Assembly: GCA_951406725.2 (NCBI GenBank)
Contig: OX597818.1
Span: 79,112,001 to 79,176,000, forward strand
DNA: 64,000 nt
Direction of reading: 5' to 3'
DNA from: Octopus vulgaris
Taxonomy: Eukaryota
Part shown: positions 28,315-38,900 of the stretch, one piece after another
Layout of the letters: each line of letters begins with the position of its first letter
Position numbering within the stretch: the first letter of the stretch is position 1
The notes under the pieces: model-generated
What the model saw: only the letters and a program-made list of their open reading frames with translations
Told to the model about the DNA's origin: nothing
The model's database searches: none
Made by a program: the position numbers and the translations under genes

Positions 28315-29036
28315 GTTTCAGATTTTGACACAATGCCAGCAATTTTCGAGGGAAGGATAAGCCGATTACATTGATCCTAGTACCGTAAATCCTCGAGTAT
28401 AGTCCGCCCTTGAGTTTAATACACAGGGGATTTTTAGGGGGCTTTACCTCTAAAAAACATAAACCTTGTGTATAATACACACCTCTTCTCTAACTTGAGT
28501 CTAGGAGGTCTGTATAACGTCCTTGGTTTGTAAAAATGTATACGGTAACATCATTTATTATTATTGTATATATAACATAATGCAAACGTGTAGCTTTTTT
28601 GTGCATTTTGTTTGCAGAAAATAAAGAAATAACAGTAATAGCAGTAATAACGTTTAATAAATGTTGCTTACTGCAAGTTATGGATGATTCTTTTATGACT
28701 TCATTGCTTTCAGGCTTAGCTTAAATTATTTTCGCCCCCAACATCACAAAATTCATCTGAATAAACATAGCCAGACAGCAAATAGAGACTCGTACATTGC
28801 TTAGAAAATAATTTTAATTTTAAACCTCGTATATAGTACGCACTAGGGATTTTGACCTTTAAATTTTGGGGAAAAATACGGATATACTCGAAGATTTACA
28901 GTACTCAACAGGGTGGTAGTAAATTTATCAACCCCAAAAGTCGACCTCGGTGGAATAAATACAGAATGCAGAGACGGACGAAATGCCGTTAAACATTTTG
29001 CCCGGCGTACTAATGATTCTGCCTGCTCGCCGCCCT
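28315..29036 (-). mobile_element. SINE family A interrupted by the MITE
   Basis: Tail at 28315-28382 and head at 28902-29036 rejoin at cctagTActcaac. Confidence 0.8.
28383..28901. mobile_element. Tc1/pogo-type MITE (519 bp)
   Basis: TIRs CCGTAAATCCTCGAGTATAGTCCG / CGGATATACTCGAAGATTTACAG, TA TSD, no ORF. Confidence 0.85.
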
Positions 29037-29691
29037 TACCCACGTATATATTGACGTGACTTTCACTTCTATGTTGAAGTGCCACTAAAGTCGACAAAAC
29101 AAAATGCCAGACAGGCATTTAGTATGCTTCAGTCAACTCTTCTACATCATTATTTACTCACTTTTACAAAATAAGATGTTGCTAGAAACCTGCGTAAGAG
29201 ATGAAGTAAATTATTCTCTGAACTTTTTAATAGCTAACTTATTACAGATTTTGTACAACAAATGGTTTCATTATTTGTTTTCTTGTGTGTGTATGTGTGT
29301 TTACTGATAACCTGTTTATCCAGTATGTGTAGACACATGAACAAAAGCAAACTGCAGAAGAAATCAAATCAACATCAGACAAATTCAGCCACAAGCAAAA
29401 TATGTCACAGAACACAAACAAAAATAAAATAAGCAAAAGAAACTGTTCTCTCGGTGAAAAGATAAAACAAGAATATTTTTTTCTTACATTGTAGTGTGCA
29501 ATACTGAAGTATACGAAAACTAATAAACAAGCGTCTGATACTAAGAAACTAAATAATATGACGGATCTTGTTTCTTGAGACGCCGCATTCAAAACAAAAT
29601 CCATAAGTAAAATTCTTTTGTAAATAGTATTTAGATTTCACATTTGCATTACCCACAAATGAATACATACATACATACATACATACATACA

Positions 29692-29724
<33 letters not shown>

Positions 29725-30051
29725 GCATACATAAAACTCTTATACATGGATGCATACATACACACTCAAAAATATGTGTATGGATGAATGTGTGTGTATG
29801 ATAACATGCCTGATGAACTTGTAAACATAGAGATGAAACTCCAGGTAGCAAGAGTCTGACACAAACAAAAGAAACATATTTTTCATCAATTTACCATTAT
29901 AGAGATGAAAAATATTTTTCATTTGTTCGAGTCAGACCTTTGCTACAGTGGAGCTTCTGACAATCAACACTAAACACACACACACACACTCAAAGATATA
30001 TATATATATTCACACACACACATATATATGTGTGTATAGGTGACACACACA

Positions 30052-30140
<89 letters not shown>

Positions 30141-30391
30141 GGGGAAAGTAAAAAGAAAAATAAGCGAAAATGCATTTCTTAATGCAATACTTTCCCCTTG
30201 CATTTTCGCTTATTTTTCTTCTTACTTTCCCTTTACATTTCCACGTGTAGTTTCTATTTTCTTTTTGTAACATATATCTATTATATATGTGTGTGGGGTG
30301 TGTGTGTGCGTGGGGGTGTATGTGTGTGTGTGATATATACGCATAAATAATGAAAAGGAGTTAAACGCAGGTGTTATTCAAGTCTTTATAC

Positions 30392-30464
30392 TTCCGACAT
30401 ATGTTTCAAAGAAAATATTGGGAATAAAATGATGCAAAACAATGCGATCTTCTCATCAGGGGAA
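30392..30464 (-). ncRNA. Type-I hammerhead ribozyme, nearly intact
   Basis: Minus strand reads TTCCC-CTGATGA-GAAGA..TCTTT-GAAA-CATATG-TC-GGAA; palindromic stem III (ACATATGT), GUC site; one extra C in stem I. Confidence 0.7.
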
Positions 30465-30934
30465 ACAAGAGAAACAAAACACATCAATAAGCCATTTTAA
30501 CCCTATGTGATGATTGCGTATATGATAATGAGAACGCTGGCAAATTAATTTTTTTTTAAACCGTTAATAGATTTAACGTCAAATGCAATTTAGAGAAAGA
30601 GAAGGAAAGAAATTAGCAGACAACCAAGAGTGGAGAAATGTAGTGCAATAGATGAATGGGGATAAAGCTTAAAGGCGTGGAAATGAATATATTTAGTGGA
30701 AATGAAATGTAAGAAGACACTTAAAGGTCGAATTTTATAGATTGGTAGATATTACTTATAGGAACTAAAGGTATGTTTTGGTCAATGTTTGCAACGATAA
30801 AGGCGTTCTTTAAACGTGTTTGCAAGAGAATACTATTAGAACAGGATGAGATAAAGTTCTTCGTCACAGAGCAGACAAAAAGATTTACCTTTATCATATG
30901 GAAAGGATCGAGATAGAATATTCCATTCCAAATC

Positions 30935-31022
30935 TTTCCCTCGTGAGAAGATCGCATTATTTTACATCATTTTATTCCCTCTGGAATAATACCAATGTTT
31001 TCTTCGAAAGATATGCCAGGAG
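30935..31022 (+). ncRNA. Degenerate hammerhead, inverted partner of 30392-30464
   Basis: TTTCC-CTCGTGA-GAAGA..TCTTC-GAAA-GATATG-CC-AGGA: core mutated, stem II retained. Confidence 0.5.
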
Positions 31023-31404
31023 CATAAAAATTTGGATAACACCTGCGTTTAACTCCATTCTTTATCTGTTATACAAAAACATTTCACTAAACCCTGGAAT
31101 TTCTACCTTTATAAATAGGCTGTAACATCTTAGGTACTTATGTGAATGTTTTGCTACCCTGATAACTATTTATCTTTTTTTTCCGTGTTATTTGTACACA
31201 CTGAAAAAATACACATACATTTATATAGATACACATATATATATATAAAGATACACATATAGATACACATATATATATAAAGATATATATATATCTATAT
31301 ATATATACACAGATATATACATAGGTATATATATGTATATATATATATGTATGTATATGTATGTATATGTATGTATATATATGTATATGTATATATATGT
31401 ATAC

Positions 31405-31467
<63 letters not shown>

Positions 31468-31533
31468 GGTCCCGGGTTGATTCGGGGTTAACCACAGTAA
31501 ATAAGGTACTCAATACATAGCAGAGTAAAATTA

Positions 31534-31665
31534 ATTTATTATATAGAAGGAGCTTCTACAGGACTAGAACTGTTTCATTCAAGAGAAATCTTCAGGAAGC
31601 TTCCTGAAGATTTCTCTTGAATGAAACAGTTCTAGTCCTGTAGAAGCTCCTTCTATATAATAAAT
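31534..31665. repeat. Perfect 132-bp palindrome (66-bp arms, no spacer)
   Basis: Centre AAG|CTT at 31599/31600; arms are exact reverse complements. Confidence 0.95.
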
Positions 31666-31873
31666 ATATATATATATATATATATATACTAAGCAATAAA
31701 GGGTTTAGCAACGAATTGCCTCACCACATACCGAATTTAGAAATAGCAGTCAAAGAGTTATAGCTATTTCTTCTACTAAAAAGGAGATCTCAGTAAAAAC
31801 AGCAATTGGAAGGCAGACACAAACAGGTAAGAGAGGATGAATTGACGGCAATCTATCATACAATTTTAAGTTA

Positions 31874-31974
31874 TCTACGGACGTACGTTTCGAAATCAAG
31901 TTTTTAGGAAAGGATAAGAATTAAATATTAAAATAATTCTATCTTACCAAAACTTCTTTTCTCTTCAGCGTAGA
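31874..31974 (-). ncRNA. Type-I hammerhead ribozyme, array unit 1
   Basis: TCTACG-CTGAAGA-[GAAA..long stem II..TTTC]-GAAA-CGTACG-TC-CGTAGA; 6-bp stem I, palindromic stem III, GUC site. Confidence 0.9.
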
Positions 31975-32467
31975 ATACTATAATCATAAATGATTATATA
32001 TTGAATTTTGAGATACTAGAAGGCACCAACTCAACTCAGTATCAGAGCGAGCTAGAATCCGCAACTAGTATCACCAAATTCAATGTGTGAATGAAAGGAT
32101 TGTGTCACCAGCCCCTTCCCACCCGCGTGTAGCCAAAACAAGATGCTGTGGTCATCTACTGAGATAAAATATGGTTATCCGTAATAATGAAGGGTGAAAT
32201 TAATTAATTTGGAATAATTATCAATTACACCAAGTAGTCTTCGGCATGTAAAAGCCTCATTCGAGGAGAATTTAAGTAATACTAAGCAATAAAGGGTTTA
32301 GCAACGAATTGCCTCACCACATACCGAATTTAGAAATAGCAGTCAAAGAGTTATAGCTATTTCTTCTACTAAAAAGGGAGATCTCAGTAAAAACAGCAAT
32401 TGGAAGGCAGACACAAACAGGTAAGAGAGGATGAATTGACGGCAATCTATCATACAATTTTAAGTTA

Positions 32468-32568
32468 TCTACGGACGTACGTTTCGAAATCAAGTTTTTA
32501 GGAAAGGATAAGAATTAAATATTAAAATAATTCTATCTTACCAAAACTTCTTTTCTCTTCAGCGTAGA
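32468..32568 (-). ncRNA. Type-I hammerhead ribozyme, array unit 2
   Basis: Same motif as unit 1. Confidence 0.9.
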
Positions 32569-33061
32569 ATACTATAATCATAAATGATTATATATTGAAT
32601 TTTGAGATACTAGAAGGCACCAACTCAACTCAGTATCAGAGCGAGCTAGAATCCGCAACTAGTATCACCAAATTCAATATGTGAATGAAAGGATTGTGTC
32701 ACCAGCCCCTTCCCACCCGCGTGTAGCCAAAACAAGATGCTGTGGTCATCTACTGAGATAAAATATGGTTATCCGTAATAATGAAGGGTGAAATTAATTA
32801 ATTTGGAATAATTATCAATTACACCAAGTAGTCTTCGGCATGTAAAAGCCTCATTCGAGGAGAATTTAAGTAATACTAAGCAATAAAGGGTTTAGCAACG
32901 AATTGCCTCACCACATACCGAATTTAGAAATAGCAGTCAAAGAGTTATAGCTATTTCTTCTACTAAAAAGGGAGATCTCAGTAAAAACAGCAATTGGAAG
33001 GCAGACACAAACAGGTAAGAGAGGATGAATTGACGGCAATCTATCATACAATTTTAAGTTA

Positions 33062-33162
33062 TCTACGGACGTACGTTTCGAAATCAAGTTTTTAGGAAAG
33101 GATAAGAATTAAATATTAAAATAATTCTATCTTACCAAAATTTCTTTTCTCTTCAGCGTAGA
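33062..33162 (-). ncRNA. Type-I hammerhead ribozyme, array unit 3
   Basis: Same motif, with one substitution in stem II. Confidence 0.9.
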
Positions 33163-33655
33163 ATACTATAATCATAAATGATTATATATTGAATTTTGAG
33201 ATACTAGAAGGCACCAACTCAACTCAGTATCAGAGCGAGCTAGAATCCGCAACTAGTATCACCAAATTCAATGTGTGAATGAAAGGATTGTGTCACCAGC
33301 CCCTTCCCACCCGCGTGTAGCCAAAACAAGATGCTGTGGTCATCTACTGAGATAAAATATGGTTATCCGTAATAATGAAGGGTGAAATTAATTAATTTGG
33401 AATAATTATCAATTACACCAAGTAGTCTTCGGCATGTAAAAGCCTCATTCGAGGAGAATTTAAGTAATACTAAGCAATAAAGGGTTTAGCAACGAATTGC
33501 CTCACCACATACCGAATTTAGAAATAGCAGTCAAAGAGTTATAGCTATTTCTTCTACTAAAAAGGGAGATCTCAGTAAAAACAGCAATTGGAAGGCAGAC
33601 ACAAACAGGTAAGAGAGGATGAATTGACGGCAATCTATCATACAATTTTAAGTTA

Positions 33656-33756
33656 TCTACGGACGTACGTTTCGAAATCAAGTTTTTAGGAAAGGATAAG
33701 AATTAAATATTAAAATAATTCTATCTTACCAAAACTTCTTTTCTCTTCAGCGTAGA
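33656..33756 (-). ncRNA. Type-I hammerhead ribozyme, array unit 4
   Basis: Same motif as unit 1. Confidence 0.9.
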
Positions 33757-34250
33757 ATACTATAATCATAAATGATTATATATTGAATTTTGAGATACTA
33801 GAAGGCACCAACTCAACTCAGTATCAGAGCGAGCTAGAATCCGCAACTAGTATCACCAAATTCAATGTGTGAATGAAAGGATTGTGTCACCAGCCCCTTC
33901 CCACCCGCGTGTAGCCAAAACAAGATGCTGTGGTCATCTACTGAGATAAAATATGGTTATCCGTAATAATGAAGGGTGAAATTAATTAATTTGGAATAAT
34001 TATCAATTACACCAAGTAGTCTTCGGCATGTAAAAGCCTCATTCGAGGAGAATTTAAGTAAAACTAAGCAATAAAGGGTTTAGCAACGAATTGCCTCACC
34101 ACATACCGAATTTAGAAATAGCAGTCAAAGAGTTATAGCTATTTCTTCTACTAAAAAAGGGAGATCTCAGTAAAAACAGCAATTGGAAGGCAGACACAAA
34201 CAGGTAAGAGAGGATGAATTGACGGCAATCTATCATACAATTTTAAGTTA

Positions 34251-34351
34251 TCTACGGACGTACGTTTCGAAATCAAGTTTTTAGGAAAGGATAAGAATTA
34301 AATATTAAAATAATTCTATCTTACCAAAACTTCTTTTCTCTTCAGCGTAGA
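34251..34351 (-). ncRNA. Type-I hammerhead ribozyme, array unit 5
   Basis: Same motif as unit 1. Confidence 0.9.
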
Positions 34352-34733
34352 ATACTATAATCATAAATGATTATATATTGAATTTTGAGATACTAGAAGG
34401 CACCAACTCAACTCAGTATCAGAGCGAGCTAGAATCCGCAACTAGTATCACCAAATTCAATGTGTGAATGAAAGGATTGTGTCACCAGCCCCTTCCCACC
34501 CGCGTGTAGCCAAAACAAGATGCTGTGGTCATCTACTGAGATAAAATATGGTTATCCGTAATAATGAAGGGTGAAATTAATTAATTTGGAATAATTATCA
34601 ATTACACCAAGTAGTCTTCGGCATGTAAAAGCCTCATTCGAGGAGAATTTAAGTAATACTAAGCAATAAAGGGTTTAGCAACGAATTGCCTCACCACATA
34701 CCGAATTTAGAAATAGCAGTCAAAGAGTTATAG

Positions 34734-34780
<47 letters not shown>

Positions 34781-34782
<2 letters not shown>

Positions 34783-35545
34783 TAGAAAGTAATGTAATAA
34801 ATAAAAACATTACGGAGGATATATTATAAATAATTAGGATTATTTATGAATATATCAATGGCCAAGCATGTTATCAGAAAATATATGGAAGAACGTTTAT
34901 AATTATGAGTAAGGCACAATTATAACTCAGAGGGTTTTAAAACCCTTACATGTTAAAAATAGCAGCCAAAGCCGTTATAAAGCCATTTTATCTGCCATAT
35001 TAAAAATATTAGACAATAAAACTATCTGCGGGCGACATGACAAATGGAATCCACGACTTAAAAATATCTAGTTAATTCCATAATGAAATTTCGACGTTAG
35101 GGACCTCTTAAGGGACCCATTCGTCTCGCCAGCGGAAATATTCGTGTAGATAGAAATCAAAAGAAGACTTTACCTTGCAGTTAGCATGAATCCCGACCGG
35201 CAAGAGAAATGTTTCAATCTCTGTCTACACATTGAAGTTTTGAATTCAAATGCCATGCACAGTGTTGATGTGAAAAGCCCGGTAAATTCGAGTCACGGCA
35301 AAATCCCCGGATATGAGTCGAGAAAAATTAAATAATTAGAAATTAATGTAAGAAATAAAACATTACGGAGGATGTATTTTAAATAATTAAGATTATTTAT
35401 GAATATATCAATGGCCAAAAATGTTATCATAAAATACATAGAAGAACGTTTAAAATTATGAACAAGTCACAATTATATCTAAGAGGCTTTCGAAACCGTT
35501 ACATGTTAAAAATAGTAGCCAAAACCGTTATAAAGCCATTTTTTA
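34781..35545 (-). mobile_element. Older ~555-bp-period element (~1.4 copies) with a degenerate hammerhead
   Basis: ~210-bp diverged direct repeat at 34781 and ~35335; minus-strand TTCCG-CTGGCGA-GACG..CGTC-GAAA..TA-TGGAA at 35076-35137. Confidence 0.65.
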
Positions 35546-35983
35546 TCACTCATATTATTTCTCTTCACAATAAAACCTATCAGGCGGTATTTAAGCTAGT
35601 GCATAGCTTTTAAGCAGCTGACCTCGAATGAGAAAATCTGCAAACAAATCTCTGACTTGTTTTGGAGAATTTGTTTCAGTTGCTTCCTCTAGAGTCATAT
35701 CCCAATGATGATCATATTCGTCGCAAAATTAAAACAAAAACAAAAAAAAAAACATGTAAAAAAATTGCCGTAAACAATCACAGTAATGAAGACTTGGGAA
35801 TCCAAAGTTGCAGGATTGCAGGTCCGGATTCGGCCCCAAATGTTTTTAATTTACTAACGGTGTCAGCCTGATTCCAAAATGGTATGATATTTTGGGCTAT
35901 GGCCTCTAGGACTACAGCTGAAAAAGTGTTATACACTGACATTCACATTTATTATATTATACTATATTATTATATCATATTAA

Positions 35984-36370
35984 GGCGGCGAGCTGGCAGA
36001 AACGTTAGCACGCTGGGCGAAATGCGTAACCGTATTTCGTCTGCTGTTACGTTCTGAGTTCAAATTCCGCCGAGGTTGACTTTGCCTTTCATCCTTTCGC
36101 GGTGGATTAAATAAGTACCAGTTACGCACTGGGGTCGATATAATCGACTTAATCCGTTTGTCCTTGTTTGTCCTCTCTGTGTTTAGCCCCTTGTGGGTAG
36201 TAAAGAAATAGGTATTTTGTTTGCCGTTGGGTTTTCAGTTCGAATTCCGCCGACGTTGACTTTGCCTCTCGTCGTCGATAAAATTAGTACCAGTTACGTA
36301 CTGTGGTTGATGTAATCTATTTAATCACTTCCCCCAAAATTTGAGGCCTTCTGCTTCCAGTAGAAAGGAT
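35984..36370 (+). mobile_element. SINE family A with duplicated body
   Basis: Same head and core as 10549; two body units. Confidence 0.9.
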
Positions 36371-36469
36371 TTATTAAAGTTGAAAAAGTGTGACACACTT
36401 ATTATATTAGATATGTATAATTTTAGGGAAATTTTATTTCAAGTAAAGTGTATTAAGTGTATTATATAT

Positions 36470-36545
<76 letters not shown>

Positions 36546-37515
36546 TGTGTGTGTGTGTGTGTGTGCGTGTGTATGTATAGAGTGTTAGAAGTGGTGTACA
36601 TATATTGAATATTGAGAAAAGAGGCGGTCGCCAGAATTTTGTAAAGAGAATTCGAACTTGTCAAATAAAATTGTAAATGTGCATTTAGGTGGGGTTTTTT
36701 TGGCTTTGTTTAGAAGAGGAGAACACTGTTTTTTGACTTCTTTTAGATTGGGCGTGAGGTTCCAGGACAATGGAAATAGATAGATAGATAGATGGATAGA
36801 TAGAGGGCAAGACAGATAGATAGATAGGAGGGGAGAGAGAGGGAGATTTCTTTTCAATTTGGAATGTTTTTTTCCATTTATTATTTAGTTAGTTTTTTAC
36901 CATTCTATAGCTACTGGCATGAGTCATGAGTTCAAGAATAGTGACCTCTTTTCGGACGGAGAAAATAATGAAAAAAGGAATATCCTTACTTAAAGCAATC
37001 TTTCTTTTTTTTTCTTAAGGTGTCAAGAAAGAAAATAGTGTGTGTGCACGCGCGTGTGTGTGTGCCTGAGAGATCATGTGTTTGCAAAAATATATCTATG
37101 TCTACACTATGTTATTTCGGTGCTTTACTTTGAAAAATAAAGTCAGGTTTCCTTTAATTTCATGTTTTTTCATCAACAAACATTAGTTCAATATTTACAA
37201 ATTAGAAAAATAAAGCCCAACTAGTGATAAAAACTCATCCCACTCGCAAAATACTATATGGTTCTTCCAGCGACGATTAAGACACGCTGAGAGCGGGTAG
37301 ACACCCAGAAACTCGAGCCCGTGTGTATAACATAACGTATGGCTAGAGATGGGTGCGATGATCTATCCTCGCAAATACTAAATGGACACAGAATGTGTGT
37401 CGTTAGTCAACTGGAAGAGGTGTCTTCTCGGGGCTATAAACGTCATTAGTAGTCCCGTATTGCTACTGTTTACATCTCGCTCAGAGATTCAATACACCCT
37501 ATATATATGTATAGT

Positions 37516-37961
37516 GTAATAAATAAAATATATGCATACATACAAACATATATGTATGTACCGACATCTACATGTATATATACATGCATATATAAATATA
37601 TATATGTACAGGACACCACAAAAAGACGTAAAACTCAACAGAAACGAAAACGGAAAAGCCATTTTGTTACAACAGAAAGACAGAGACGTGGAACAGGACA
37701 AGGGGATTTTTCCTTGTGTAGCATGTCCTGTACCTTGTTTTTCTGTTGAAAATATTGTTTCTCCCGTTTTCGTTCTCGTCCTGTTCCACGTCTCTGTCTT
37801 TCTGTTGTAACAAAATGGCTTTTCCGTTTTCGTTTCTGTTGAGTGTTACGTCTTTTAGTGGTGTCCTGTACGTATATATATTTATATATGCATGTATATA
37901 TACATGTAGATGTCGGTACGTACATATATGTTTGTATGTATGCATATATTTTATTTATTAC
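37516..37961. repeat. Inverted repeat, 184-bp arms with 78-bp spacer
   Basis: 37516-37699 versus 37778-37961, about 4 mismatches. Confidence 0.93.
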
Positions 37962-38399
37962 GGTATTATCTGACAGCGCTTCGCGTCGGGTTCGTTCGAA
38001 TTTTCGAATTTTCGAATTTTCGCTTCGTTCCGTCTCCTATCCTCCCAGTATTGTTTTGTTATATATATATATATATAAAGAGAGAGAGAGAGAGAGAGAG
38101 AGAGGGTTGAGAGAGATGATAATGTGAAGTAATAAGTTTTTAAATACTGATATTTAAAGTATTAAACAGTTGACTAGTTATTTAGATAGAATAGAGTGGG
38201 ACAAATGAGGATAAAGGGTAATCCAATATAAAGAAAAAGGATGGAAAGATGGGCGAAATAGAAAGAAGAGGAAGCTTTTTAGGCTGAACTATGAAAATGT
38301 TGGATAGAATTATCTACAATCAAGTTACAGAGAAATGATACATAAGTTAAAAAAGTCAGCTGCTGCCTATGAATAAATTATGGCTTCGTAATACGTACC

Positions 38400-38900
38400 A
38401 TGATTTCGTTAATTGCTTTAGTTTAGTTATCATATTTGGACAGACACCCTCTTGTCATTTGGGCCTCCTCGACTAGATTCGGAAATGAGTCTCTAATTTG
38501 ATTGATTCGTCTCTTGCTTCACCTGTGCAACCTTTGTCACATTGTCGTGACGTCACCAGTCTTAGTCTTTTCTATCTGTATTACCAGTGGAAATCCTCTG
38601 AAGAACTTTCTCTCTTAGTTCCAGATTACTTTCTGCAATCTCGGCTGACTCGAAACTTACAACACTTTCATCCAAATGCTATTATGATACTACTATCAAT
38701 AAGAAGTATTTCTACTGTTGCAGTCTTTTCCCTCGAGAATTCAGACTTTACAACTCTCTTCATCTCATTGTTTCTCCCTTCTTATGACGTAAACTGTTCC
38801 AAGTCTAAAGTAAATTCATACCTTTCACCTTAATTTCCCTCTCTATAGTCCCTTACACTAAGTGACTACTCGCCTTGTTTGAGACTTTCTAATAAAAATG
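38400..38900 (+). pseudogene. CR1/Jockey-group LINE 3' end
   Basis: LIDSSLASPVQPLSHCRDVTSLSLFYLYY..SEELSLLVP resembles the post-RT L.PL..RR.VA.L.LFY motif; AATAAA tail. Confidence 0.75.

Larger units (their letters stand above)
31688..34737 (-). mobile_element. Tandem array of ~594-bp hammerhead-containing units (5 full + ~80 bp), retrozyme / Penelope-pLTR-like
   Basis: Unit starts at 31688, 32281, 32875, 33469, 34063 and 34658; only a few differences between units; no ORF of 60 aa or more; (TA)n on both sides; one hammerhead per unit. Confidence 0.9.

Noticed and set aside
32000-32084. Array hairpin as a SECIS element
   Set aside because: It lacks the UGA/GA quartet geometry on either strand and there is no linked ORF.
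31688-34737. Array as CRISPR, rDNA or a coding repeat
   Set aside because: No unique spacers, no rRNA-like sequence and no ORF; the context is eukaryotic.
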